Shown here piece by piece: positions 8,724 through 18,123 of a DNA stretch of 64,000 bases (position 1 is the stretch's first letter; each line of letters starts with the position of its first letter). This stretch comes from Bacteroidetes bacterium UBA1941 (GTDB lineage: Bacteria > Bacteroidota > Bacteroidia > Chitinophagales > LD1). Both the position numbers and the translations under genes were made by a program. The notes beneath the pieces are model-generated. The model searched no databases, had not been told where the DNA came from, and saw only the letters and a program-made list of their open reading frames with translations. The DNA lies in contig DDEZ01000012.1 in the NCBI GenBank assembly GCA_002336805.1, positions 111,054 through 175,053 of the forward strand, read 5' to 3'.

Positions 8724-9377
8724 CTAGTCCTCTTTAGAATTTTCATTCTTAAGCTTTTGAAACTCCGCATTCGACAAGGTTAAAAATGCGGCATTTTCTT
8801 GTTGCAATCCTTCTAAATTATCTTCCTCCGGTTCTTCGAATTTAGCCTGAGTTCGTTTATGAAACTCTAAAATACCCGCAACAAATGAAACTGACGAGAT
8901 AAATCTTTCTCTTGGAGTATGACTTAAAGGAGTTATTAATTTCAAATTCGAACAGAGCGATTTGATCTTGTCTGTTTCAAAATTTATAATCATGTAAGAA
9001 TGTCCGAACTCATTTCTAATTTTTCGAATAGTCTGAAGGTCCTGCATTTGCAATTTTGTTAGTATACCTAGGGAATAAGCCATTAGAATTCTACTGGAAA
9101 AAGTAGAGACTGGACCGTTTAATTCAAAAAGATTATTTAGATGCTTTTCGGTACCAATAAACTTTATTCTTAAAACATCCTCCAATAAGCAATCTAGAAA
9201 TGAAGCGGCAAGTAACGAGCAGCCCCTATCAGATTCTTTGTTTAGTTCCCTTTTAAAGGATAAGAATTGAAACAATAGTTCCTTGGCCCCTTCGGGGAAA
9301 AGCTCAAATGGTATTAAATTCTCAAGAACTTGCCTCGTTACATCTTCTTTTGTACTAGATGATTCTTCCGGGTTCAT
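8724..9377 (-). CDS. Orphan low-GC gene encoding a helical MtlR-like/DUF4145-like protein (function unknown)
   Basis: 217-aa ORF fills an AT-rich islet. Motifs SDRGCSLLAASFLDCLLEDVL and IRKIRNEFGHS. No signal peptide, and a charged C-terminal tail. Confidence 0.7.
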   Translation of the reverse strand: MNPEESSSTKEDVTRQVLENLIPFELFPEGAKELLFQFLSFKRELNKESDRGCSLLAASFLDCLLEDVLRIKFIGTEKHLNNLFELNGPVSTFSSRILMAYSLGILTKLQMQDLQTIRKIRNEFGHSYMIINFETDKIKSLCSNLKLITPLSHTPRERFISSVSFVAGILEFHKRTQAKFEEPEEDNLEGLQQENAAFLTLSNAEFQKLKNENSKED

Positions 9378-9462
9378 ATAAATTTTTACCTAAAATAAAA
9401 CATTCTAAGCATGTGTGGCTGGCTCTTATCCACACCCCCTTTCCCCCTCCCTTTTAAAACCC

Positions 9463-9470
9463 TATTTTTG
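9463..9470 (+). promoter_or_regulatory. -7 box TATTTTTG upstream of dnaE
   Basis: TAnnTTTG match 44 nt before ATG 9514. Confidence 0.3.
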
Positions 9471-9513
9471 TAGCATTCACTTACATCTGTCATCCACCTG
9501 AATCGCTAGCGCC

Positions 9514-12500
9514 ATGCCTGAATTTGTCCACCTACACTGCCATACCCAATACTCGCTGCTGGACGGAGCGGCAGATATCTCTACCATGATGAAAAAGGCT
9601 GCGGCTGATGGCATGAAAGGGCTCGCCATCACCGACCACGGCAATATGTTTGGCGTGTTCCAGTTTGTGGCAGAGGCGGCGAAGCACAAGCTGCCGGACG
9701 GCACTGCTCTGAAGCCCATCGTAGGCTGCGAATTTTATGTGGTGGACAGGCGCGAGAAAAAGTCTTTCACCGGAGGTGAAAAAGATAAACGCTACCACCA
9801 GCTCATGCTGGCCAAAAACGCGGAGGGCTACAAAAACCTCGTGAAGCTCTGCTCGCTCGGCTACATACAGGGCCTGTATGGCAAGTATCCACGTATCGAC
9901 AAAGAACTGATACTCCAATATCACAAAGGCCTGATCGCAACGACGTGCTGCATCGGTGCCAGTGTGCCGCAGGCTATCCTGAGCAAAGGCGAAGAAGCTG
10001 CGGAGAAAGAATTCAAATGGTGGCTCGACCTCTTTGGCGAGGACTACTATGTAGAGCTGCAGCGCCACGGCATGGAGGAGCAGGAAAAGGTGAACCAGGT
10101 GCTGATCAAATTTGCTCAGAAATACAATGTGAAGATCATCGCCTCCAATGACTCACACTATGTAGACCAGGCAGATAGCAACGCGCACGATATCCTCCTT
10201 TGCATTAATACCGGCGAGAAGCAGAGTACGCCGATCATGAAGGACTTTAGCGATGATGAGGTCTCTACCAAGGGCAAGCGTTTCGCATTCTTCAATGACC
10301 AGTTCTATTTTAAGACGCAGGCCGAGATGGCCAAGGTCTTCCACGACCTGCCACAGGCCATAGACAATACAGGCGAGATCTTCTCAAAGATCGAACCGCT
10401 AAAACTCAAAAAGGACATCGCCCTTCCGCTGTACAAGTTGCCCGATGGCTTCACAGATCAGGACGCCTATCTGCACCACCTCACCATGACCGGTGCCAAG
10501 GCGCGCTACACAGACATCACGCCGGAGATACAGGAGCGCCTCGACTTTGAGCTGGGTGTGATCCGTACCATGGGATTTGCGGGCTACTTCCTCATCGTGC
10601 AGGACTTTATCAATCATGGCAAGGACATCGGTGTACTGATAGGCCCGGGCCGTGGCTCGGCTGCCGGCTCTGCAGTGGCCTACTGCATCGGCATCACCAA
10701 TATTGATCCGATCAAGTATAATCTGCTGTTTGAGAGGTTCCTCAATCCGGACCGTAAGTCGATGCCCGATATCGATACGGACTTTGATGATGAGGGTCGC
10801 CAGCGTGTGATAGACTATGTAGTGCAGAAGTACGGCCAGAACCAGGTGGCGCAGATCATCACCTACGGCACCATGGCCGCCAAGATGAGTATCAAGGACG
10901 TGGCGCGCGTGATGGATCTCCCGCTGGCCGATGCCAATAACCTCGTGAAACTCGTACCGGATAAACCGGGCACCGACCTGAACCGGGTGATGTTCGCGCC
11001 GACAGACGGGCCAAAGTCCCTCAAGGACAAGGAAGGCTACGGCTCTGATGATATGGAGAATATCAAAAAGCTGCGCGAGATATATGCCGGAGATGACCTT
11101 CAGGCCAAGGTGCTCAAAGAAGCCGTAGTGCTGGAGGGCTCTGTGCGCAATACAGGTATCCACGCTGCGGGTATCATCATCGCGCCGCATGACCTCACAG
11201 ATATCCTCCCCGTAGCTACGGCTAAGGATAGCCCGCTGTGGGTGACACAGTTTGAGGGGAATATCATAGAGGATGCGGGTGTGATCAAGATGGACTTCCT
11301 CGGTCTGAAGACGCTGACCATCATCCGCGATGCGCTGGCGCTGATCAAGCAGAACCACGGCGTGGAGATAGACATAGACACGCTCCCGCTGGATGATAAA
11401 GAAACCTATGCCCTGTACCAGCGTGGCGATACCAATGCGACATTCCAGTTTGAGTCACCGGGTATGCAGAAGTACCTGCGCGAGCTGAAGCCCGATAAAT
11501 TTGAAGACCTGATCGCTATGAACGCCCTCTACCGTCCGGGCCCGATGGAGTACATACCAAACTTCATCAAGCGTAAGCATGGCAAGGAGGCGATCACCTA
11601 TGACCTCCCTGATATGGAGGAATACCTGAGTGACACCTATGGTATCACCGTGTATCAGGAGCAGGTGATGCTCCTCTCGCAGAAGCTCGCAGGCTTTACC
11701 AAAGGTGAGGCAGACGTACTGCGTAAGGCGATGGGTAAAAAGCAGATCGAAGTACTGAATAAGATGAAGGGCCAGTTCATCACCGGTGCCTCTGCCAAGG
11801 GCCACGATGAAAAGATCCTCGCCAAGATCTGGACCGACTGGGAGGCATTCGCACAGTATGCCTTCAATAAATCACACTCTACCTGCTATGCGCTCGTAGC
11901 GTATCAGACAGCCTATCTCAAGGCCCATTATCCATCAGAGTTTATGGCAGCTGTACTGTCAAACAACATGGGCAATATCGAGAAGATCACCTTCTTTATG
12001 GAAGAGTCGCGCCGCATAGGCATACCGGTACTCGGCCCGGATGTGAATGAAAGCAATGTGAAGTTCTCTGTGAATGATAAGGGAGAGATCCGCTATGCCC
12101 TCTCTGCTGTAAAGGGTGTAGGTGAAGCCGCCGTAGAGAGCATCCTGGAGGAGCGCAAGAATAATGGCAAATTCTCCTCCATCTTTGATATGACCAAGCG
12201 TGTGAACCTGCGTACGGTCAATAAGAAGTCTATAGAAAACCTCGCGCTCGCAGGTGCCTTTGATAGCTTTGGCAAATACACCCGCTCTCAGTTCTTTACC
12301 GCAGACCAGCGCGATGGCATGACGCTGTCTGACAAGTGTGTGAAGTTTGGCAATAGCGAGCAGAGCAGCAAGAGCATGAACCAGAACTCGCTCTTCGGTG
12401 GTGCAGGTCATACCGAGGCATCAGAGCCGGTGCTCACCCCTATAGAGGAGTGGCCACTGCTGGAGAAGCTCAAAAAAGAAAAAGAGGTAGTAGGTATCTA

Positions 12501-13095
12501 TATCAGCGGCCACCCACTAGATGACTATAAGCTGGAGATAGACACCTTTACCAACTGCAAGCTGAAAGACCTGGAGCAGAATAAAGACAAGGAGCTCAGG
12601 ATAGCCGGCATAGTAGGATCCACGCAGACGAAGGTCTCCAAAACAGGCAACCAGTTTGTGATCTTCACGCTCGAAGATTTTGAAGGCTCGGCGGAGTTTG
12701 CCCTCTTTGGCAAGGACTATATCCAGTTCAAGAACTTTGTAGAGACACAGTCGGCACTGCTCTATGTGACAGGCCGCTACCAGCCGCGCTTCAATCAGCC
12801 AAACAACTACGAGTTTAAGATCACCAAGATAGAGCTGCTGCCAGACATACGCGGCAAGATGACACGCCGCCTCACGCTGAAGATGAATGCTGAAGATATC
12901 ACTGACCGCGTCACAGACGAGATACTGGAGACACTGGGCCGCTATCCGGGCCGGTTCCCTGTCTCTATTAAAATGATCAGCGACAAGGAGCAGATATCCC
13001 TGCTGCTCAACTCCCGCAAGGTGACCGTAGACGTATCAAACGAGCTACTGCGCGAGCTAAACGGGATGGAGATGCTGAGCTATGTGCTGAATTGA
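9514..13095 (+). CDS. dnaE: DNA polymerase III alpha subunit
   Basis: 1193 aa. PHP domain N-terminus FVHLHCHTQYSLLDGA, pol III alpha core (GRGSAAGS, DIDTDF) and a C-terminal OB fold region. Confidence 0.97.
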   Translation: MPEFVHLHCHTQYSLLDGAADISTMMKKAAADGMKGLAITDHGNMFGVFQFVAEAAKHKLPDGTALKPIVGCEFYVVDRREKKSFTGGEKDKRYHQLMLAKNAEGYKNLVKLCSLGYIQGLYGKYPRIDKELILQYHKGLIATTCCIGASVPQAILSKGEEAAEKEFKWWLDLFGEDYYVELQRHGMEEQEKVNQVLIKFAQKYNVKIIASNDSHYVDQADSNAHDILLCINTGEKQSTPIMKDFSDDEVSTKGKRFAFFNDQFYFKTQAEMAKVFHDLPQAIDNTGEIFSKIEPLKLKKDIALPLYKLPDGFTDQDAYLHHLTMTGAKARYTDITPEIQERLDFELGVIRTMGFAGYFLIVQDFINHGKDIGVLIGPGRGSAAGSAVAYCIGITNIDPIKYNLLFERFLNPDRKSMPDIDTDFDDEGRQRVIDYVVQKYGQNQVAQIITYGTMAAKMSIKDVARVMDLPLADANNLVKLVPDKPGTDLNRVMFAPTDGPKSLKDKEGYGSDDMENIKKLREIYAGDDLQAKVLKEAVVLEGSVRNTGIHAAGIIIAPHDLTDILPVATAKDSPLWVTQFEGNIIEDAGVIKMDFLGLKTLTIIRDALALIKQNHGVEIDIDTLPLDDKETYALYQRGDTNATFQFESPGMQKYLRELKPDKFEDLIAMNALYRPGPMEYIPNFIKRKHGKEAITYDLPDMEEYLSDTYGITVYQEQVMLLSQKLAGFTKGEADVLRKAMGKKQIEVLNKMKGQFITGASAKGHDEKILAKIWTDWEAFAQYAFNKSHSTCYALVAYQTAYLKAHYPSEFMAAVLSNNMGNIEKITFFMEESRRIGIPVLGPDVNESNVKFSVNDKGEIRYALSAVKGVGEAAVESILEERKNNGKFSSIFDMTKRVNLRTVNKKSIENLALAGAFDSFGKYTRSQFFTADQRDGMTLSDKCVKFGNSEQSSKSMNQNSLFGGAGHTEASEPVLTPIEEWPLLEKLKKEKEVVGIYISGHPLDDYKLEIDTFTNCKLKDLEQNKDKELRIAGIVGSTQTKVSKTGNQFVIFTLEDFEGSAEFALFGKDYIQFKNFVETQSALLYVTGRYQPRFNQPNNYEFKITKIELLPDIRGKMTRRLTLKMNAEDITDRVTDEILETLGRYPGRFPVSIKMISDKEQISLLLNSRKVTVDVSNELLRELNGMEMLSYVLN

Positions 13096-13181
13096 CAGAA
13101 AGAAGGCGAGGCATAGACTGTGGCTTTAGCTGATACTTGTTATTTTCGCCAGCGCTTCTTACACCGCTAAATCAACATCTC

Positions 13182-14312
13182 TTGAAACCACTCAAAATAG
13201 GCATCCTGGGCGGCGGCCAGCTGGGACGGATGCTACTCCAGTCTGCAGCCAACTATCATGTAGAAACGTACGTGCTGGAGAGCGGACATAATCCGCCGGC
13301 ATCCTCTTTGTGCCATCACTTCATAGAGGGAGATATCAGAGATTTTGATACGGTGTATGCCTTTGGCAAGAAAGTAGACGTAGTGACAATAGAGATAGAA
13401 AATGTGAATGTAGATGCGCTATTCCGGCTGGAGGATGAGGGTGTGCGCGTGGTACCGAGGCCAGCTGTACTACAGACCATCAAAGACAAAGGTTTGCAAA
13501 AGCAATTTTACCGCGACCACCAGATCCCTACTGCTGACTTTATGCTCACAGAAAATGAAGAAGACACCCGACTGCAGGCAGCCTACCTGCCTGCCGCGCA
13601 TAAACTGCGTACCGGCGGCTATGATGGCAAGGGTGTGAGCATACTCCGCTCAGAGGCGGATATGGGCAAAGCCTTTAAAGAGCCATCAGTACTGGAAAAG
13701 CTGGTAGATATAGAAAAAGAGATAGCGGTGATGGTGGCACGCGATCATAAGGGAGGGATAGCTGTCTATCCGCCTGTGGAGATGGTCTTTGACCCAAAGT
13801 ACAATCTGGTGGATATGCTGGTCTCACCGGCCGCTATCACTGCAGACCAGACGGCAGAGGTGCAGCGTGTAGCCACTCAGGTAGTAGATGCACTGGGCTC
13901 CGAGGGCGTGTTTGCGGTAGAGATGTTCATAGACAAGGCCGGGCAAGTGCTGGTAAATGAAACCGCCCCTCGTGCGCACAATAGCGGCCACCAAAGCATA
14001 GAGGGCAACTACAGCTCTCAATATGATATGCAGATGCGTGTACTGCAGCAGCTATCCCTGGGTAGTACCGATACCATCCTCCCCTCACTGATGCTAAACC
14101 TGATAGGTGAAGAGGGCCACTCCGGTCCAGTGCGCTACCAGGGCCTGGATGAAGCGCTGCAAATACAAGGCGTGTATATACACCTCTATGGCAAGCACGA
14201 GACGAAGCCAGGCCGCAAGATGGGCCACGTGACCATACTGGGCGCAAACAAAAATGACCTGCTCGAAAAAGCCAGGTCATTAAAGTCATTGCTCAAAGTG
14301 GTGAGCTATTAA
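13182..14312 (+). CDS. purK: 5-(carboxyamino)imidazole ribonucleotide synthase
   Basis: ATP-grasp enzyme with LKIGILGGGQLGRML at the N-terminus and a PurK-like C-terminus (GRKMGHVT). The start is uncertain: TTG at 13182 or TTG at 13137. Confidence 0.9.
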   Translation: MKPLKIGILGGGQLGRMLLQSAANYHVETYVLESGHNPPASSLCHHFIEGDIRDFDTVYAFGKKVDVVTIEIENVNVDALFRLEDEGVRVVPRPAVLQTIKDKGLQKQFYRDHQIPTADFMLTENEEDTRLQAAYLPAAHKLRTGGYDGKGVSILRSEADMGKAFKEPSVLEKLVDIEKEIAVMVARDHKGGIAVYPPVEMVFDPKYNLVDMLVSPAAITADQTAEVQRVATQVVDALGSEGVFAVEMFIDKAGQVLVNETAPRAHNSGHQSIEGNYSSQYDMQMRVLQQLSLGSTDTILPSLMLNLIGEEGHSGPVRYQGLDEALQIQGVYIHLYGKHETKPGRKMGHVTILGANKNDLLEKARSLKSLLKVVSY

Positions 14313-14322
14313 TTATATCTGA

Positions 14323-15015
14323 TCAGTCGTTTGAAGATGTCTTGCCGGCATCTTTAGTTTCCTCTACTTTTTGCTTAGGTGTCACGAAGGGATTCTCGTC
14401 CTCCATATCGTCTGTTTTATTTCTGTCCGTATCCGCTTTGGCATGCTGCTCTTCTGCTGCTGCGCTTGGCCTGGGATCTGATGGCGTGATGAATGGATTT
14501 TCTTCTCCATTGAAATTGCCCGAAGAGGCGGGTGCTATGGCCGGCCTATGAGCAGCGGAGCCTGGCTCATCTGCAGGTTTTGCCGGTTCTGCTTTGGCAC
14601 CATTTGCCGGCTTTTCTTCGCGGATATCAGTTTTTGGTGCAGGCTGCTGTACCGGCATGGATATCTGGCGCGGGCGCTCTGCCGGTGCTGATTTTGCGGT
14701 AGTGACGGTGATCTTTGCAGCTACCTGTTCTACCGGCGCTTCGTTGTAGTGATTTTCATTGAGGAAAGACGCTACAAACTCGGGGTCGCGCATTTTAGTG
14801 TTTTTAGGCACTTTGATCACAGCTCCATCCCTGATATGCTTCGCATCTACCCCAGGGTTGGCCTTCTGTATATCACCTACTGTACTATTGTACATCAGTG
14901 ATATGCGGAATAGCGTCTCATGCTGCTGTATCTTGTGGCTTACCACTCCGGCGTCTTTGGCTGCGAAAACACCCATCGTGCCGAGTAATGATGCAAGGAG
15001 TAAGATCTGCTTCAT
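14323..15015 (-). CDS. Secreted LysM-domain protein with low-complexity P/A/E tail
   Basis: Signal MKQILLLASLLGTMGVFA. The LysM segment is HKIQQHETLFRISLMYNSTVGDIQKANPGV...GAVIKVP. Confidence 0.8.
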   Translation of the reverse strand: MKQILLLASLLGTMGVFAAKDAGVVSHKIQQHETLFRISLMYNSTVGDIQKANPGVDAKHIRDGAVIKVPKNTKMRDPEFVASFLNENHYNEAPVEQVAAKITVTTAKSAPAERPRQISMPVQQPAPKTDIREEKPANGAKAEPAKPADEPGSAAHRPAIAPASSGNFNGEENPFITPSDPRPSAAAEEQHAKADTDRNKTDDMEDENPFVTPKQKVEETKDAGKTSSND

Positions 15016-15105
15016 CTTTTATGGATTATACCGCGTAGTACGGGCATTGTTGCGCCATTGTTTCAATTCTTGCTACATTTATCACGAAAAACAGGACTAC
15101 CACAC

Positions 15106-15624
15106 ATGGCATCACCACAGATAGGTATCATCATGGGCAGCGAGAGCGACCTGAAGGTGATGAACGAGGCTGCAGAAGTACTGCGCGAGCTCGGCGCAAC
15201 ATTTGAGCTGACAGTAGTGAGTGCACACCGCACTCCGGACCGCATGCGGGACTACGCTACTACGGCCTCAGATCGTGGCATCAAAGTGATCATAGCCGGG
15301 GCAGGCGGGGCAGCACACCTGCCGGGTATGGTGGCGTCATTTACTACGCTACCGGTGATAGGGGTGCCTATCAAGTCCAGCAACTCTATAGATGGCTGGG
15401 ACTCGGTGCTGTCTATCCTGCAGATGCCATCTGGCGTACCTGTGGCCACCGTAGCGCTGAACGGGGCTAAAAACGCAGGCATACTGGCGGCACAGATACT
15501 CGGCACCTCCGATAAGGCTGTAGCGGCCAGGCTGGTGACTTTCAAAAACCAACTACGCGAGAAAGTAGAAAACTCTATCCGCGAGATCAGGATAGCGGGA
15601 TATGAGAATGGCTTTGACCTGTAG
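15106..15624 (+). CDS. purE: 5-(carboxyamino)imidazole ribonucleotide mutase
   Basis: MASPQIGIIMGSESD...AGGAAHLPGMVA...IGVP, all classic PurE motifs. I chose the ATG at 15106. Confidence 0.93.
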   Translation: MASPQIGIIMGSESDLKVMNEAAEVLRELGATFELTVVSAHRTPDRMRDYATTASDRGIKVIIAGAGGAAHLPGMVASFTTLPVIGVPIKSSNSIDGWDSVLSILQMPSGVPVATVALNGAKNAGILAAQILGTSDKAVAARLVTFKNQLREKVENSIREIRIAGYENGFDL

Positions 15625-15738
15625 CCAAAGTTCCCTCCTACATATTGTTAAAACTGATAGCAATCAGATTGCGTACATATCCTTGTGACGGGATAATATT
15701 ACCTTAGAGGTAGCGTTTTGCTATTCAACTACTCTATT

Positions 15739-16683
15739 ATGAAACAATCAAAATATCTATTTGCAGCACTGATGCTCTGTGTTTTTTCATTCTTCACGGC
15801 ATCCGCACAGGATGACAGAGAGGATGTGGTCTACCTCAAGAATGGCAACATCTATCGCGGTGTGATCATAGAGCAGGTACCCGGCCAGACCCTAAAAGTG
15901 GAGACGCTGGGGGGCAACGTATTCACCGTACAGATCAGTGATATCACCAAGATCACCAAGGAGAGGAAAGTAATGCCGGACAATGTGATGGCGCCACAGG
16001 GCCAGAGACAAGACCTGCCCCCTATGCATGGACCTGATGACCGCAGGCCTGATATGGGCGGCCGCGGCAGAGGTCCGCATAACTTTCACAGCTACCGCTA
16101 TTACCGGTATGACTCTACCGGTGGCAAAAGAGTACGTGAATTTCATTATCGCAAGAAGGGGTATTTCTTTGAGGCACAGCTGGTGGGCGAGGCTAACCAG
16201 GGAGGTATCAGGATCATAAACGGCTATAAGTTCAGCCAGTTTGGCTACCTGGGTATCGGTGTAGGTATAGATGTGCTGGGATCTATGCACATGGGATGGA
16301 CAGACAACTCAAGTGCTAGTGACTATCCATACGCAGGTGTATATATGCCGCTGTTCCTTCACTATTCAGGAGATATCCTCCGCAAAAGAGTTACTCCATT
16401 CTACAGCCTGGATATGGGCTATGCTATGCGCAGCAATGGAGGGAGCCCGTTTATGGGACGCAATAGTGGTGACCGCCAGGGGGGTGCTATGGGTGGCGTA
16501 GGGTTTGGTGTGAAATTCTGGTCCAAGCGTAGGGTAAACGTCAGTTTGTCGGTAAATGCTGACTTCCAGAATGTGCGCTACGTACCGGGCTACAATTCCT
16601 TTGGCAATCCTGATATGACATGGCAGTATGGCCGCACACTGACCATCATGACTCCGGGCCTCAAGTTTGGGATAGGCTTTTAA
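15739..16683 (+). CDS. Hypothetical outer-membrane beta-barrel-like protein
   Basis: Signal MKQSKYLFAALMLCVFSFFTASAQ. The C-terminal half alternates G and aromatic residues and ends ...LKFGIGF (terminal Phe). Confidence 0.65.
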   Translation: MKQSKYLFAALMLCVFSFFTASAQDDREDVVYLKNGNIYRGVIIEQVPGQTLKVETLGGNVFTVQISDITKITKERKVMPDNVMAPQGQRQDLPPMHGPDDRRPDMGGRGRGPHNFHSYRYYRYDSTGGKRVREFHYRKKGYFFEAQLVGEANQGGIRIINGYKFSQFGYLGIGVGIDVLGSMHMGWTDNSSASDYPYAGVYMPLFLHYSGDILRKRVTPFYSLDMGYAMRSNGGSPFMGRNSGDRQGGAMGGVGFGVKFWSKRRVNVSLSVNADFQNVRYVPGYNSFGNPDMTWQYGRTLTIMTPGLKFGIGF

Positions 16684-18056
16684 GACAGCGAGGTGAGGTG
16701 CATCACCTTATGCGGATTTTCCAGGACAAACCTTGACAGCATACCGCGTATGTTGAAGTTTTCCCGATAGGGAGACAGCTCGCGGAAATGCTCTATGGTG
16801 GCTTTCTCGCGGGGAAGCTCAACTGTAGGCTTATAGCCCATGCCTGCGAAGTGACCTTTCTCTACAACTATAAATGCGGACTCCTCCGATGTCCTCCCCT
16901 CGTCTATGATCACAAACGACTCCTGCTCTGCCATAGCGGTGAGGGCAAAAGCAGTGCGCTTATTGTAAGATAAGATGTGACGCTTGTCACCAGAGCGGCA
17001 GGGGCACTTATCGTTCTCACAGGTTTCTTCATGAGTGGCTATGCTCATGAGCCGCGGGCACAGCTCATACTCCTCTGCCAGCGCCTTAAGGTAGCTGAGG
17101 CACTCGGTTATGTTATTGAAAAACGCCAATGCTGTAGCACCCTTTTTGAGTTTCTCTATACCCATGCGGGTCACGCCACGCTGATCCTGATAGGCCAGGA
17201 TGCCAAAGCGAGGTTCATAGACCTTTTGAGAGCGATTGAACTTAGGCCAAAGCCGCTTGATCTCATGAGACTCCAGGAGGAGCGCCATCAGTTCATTGCC
17301 ACAAAGCTCATAGGTGATAGAGAAAATAGAGCGCATGAAGTCCTGCTTCTGCCGGGAGGTGGAGTTATTGGAAAAATGGCTACTGACACGCTTGCGTATA
17401 CGTTTGGCCTTGCCCACATATACTACCTTACCTTTCTGATCGTGGAAGTAATAAATGCCGGGCAAGTCGGGCAATTTCTCAAAATGCTCGCGTGGCACAT
17501 TGGGAGGTAGCGCCTGCTCTTTTGAGTTGCGCTTTAGCGCCTTTGTGATCAGCTCTTCTTTATCATTTGCCAGCAGTAGCTCAAAGAGTTTGACCGTGGC
17601 AGCTGCATCGCCGTCTGCGCGGTGGCGGTTCTCTATTTTGATATCCAGGTAGCCGCATATTTTGCCCAGGCCGTAGGAGTCGAGGCCCGGGAATATCTTG
17701 CGCGCCAGGCGGACGGTACATAGCTTATTGCTGGTAAGGTCGTAACCACAGTTGGCCAGTTCGCTTTTCAGAAAAGAATAATCAAAATTGACATTATGTG
17801 CTATGAATACCTTGCCATACAGCATATCATAGATCCGGTCCGCCACCTCCCAAAACTCCGGGGCATCTTTTACCATCGCATTGCCGATGCCGGTGAGGCC
17901 GGTGATGTAGTACGGGATATCCTGGCCGGGATTGATGAGTGTCTGATAACTATCAGTGACCCGCTGCCCGTCATGGACATATATAGCCACCTCTGTGATA
18001 CCATTGGCAGAGGCGTGGCCTCCCGTGGTCTCTATATCTACTATGGCATACAGCAT
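16680..18056 (-). CDS. DnaQ-like 3'-5' exonuclease fused to a GIY-YIG nuclease domain
   Basis: N-terminal DEDDh motifs (YAIVDIETTG, FIAHNVNFDYSF, HRADGDA). The central GIY-YIG motif is GIYYFHDQKGKVVYVGKAKRIRKRVSSHF. The stop overlaps the convergent gene by 4 nt. Confidence 0.85.
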   Translation of the reverse strand: MLYAIVDIETTGGHASANGITEVAIYVHDGQRVTDSYQTLINPGQDIPYYITGLTGIGNAMVKDAPEFWEVADRIYDMLYGKVFIAHNVNFDYSFLKSELANCGYDLTSNKLCTVRLARKIFPGLDSYGLGKICGYLDIKIENRHRADGDAAATVKLFELLLANDKEELITKALKRNSKEQALPPNVPREHFEKLPDLPGIYYFHDQKGKVVYVGKAKRIRKRVSSHFSNNSTSRQKQDFMRSIFSITYELCGNELMALLLESHEIKRLWPKFNRSQKVYEPRFGILAYQDQRGVTRMGIEKLKKGATALAFFNNITECLSYLKALAEEYELCPRLMSIATHEETCENDKCPCRSGDKRHILSYNKRTAFALTAMAEQESFVIIDEGRTSEESAFIVVEKGHFAGMGYKPTVELPREKATIEHFRELSPYRENFNIRGMLSRFVLENPHKVMHLTSLS

Positions 18057-18123
18057 TGCGGCCTACTAAAATAACGATTTAGCAGGCGCGATGGCATGAA
18101 AAAAATACTCACAAAAATTTAGC

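Noticed and set aside
10399-11358. A 319-aa ORF antisense to dnaE. Similar long antisense ORFs occur at 42055-42753, 61770-62417, 9532-10068, 46775-47290 and 52093-52623.
   Set aside because: All lie entirely inside strongly supported genes, have low-complexity shadow-like composition and have no start context. I treat them as non-coding.
9514-13095. dnaE checked for an intein or other insertion.
   Set aside because: The length (1193 aa) and the continuous pol III alpha motifs leave no room for one. I saw no intein splice-junction motifs.
15625-15738. Intergenic regions upstream of purE, purK, the men genes, the folE/PTPS pair and the TonB-dependent receptor, scanned for riboswitch-like structure (purine, preQ1, cobalamin, THF).
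   Set aside because: The gaps are too short (mostly under 120 nt), and I could not recognise any conserved riboswitch core sequences by eye. A covariance-model scan would be needed to exclude them formally.
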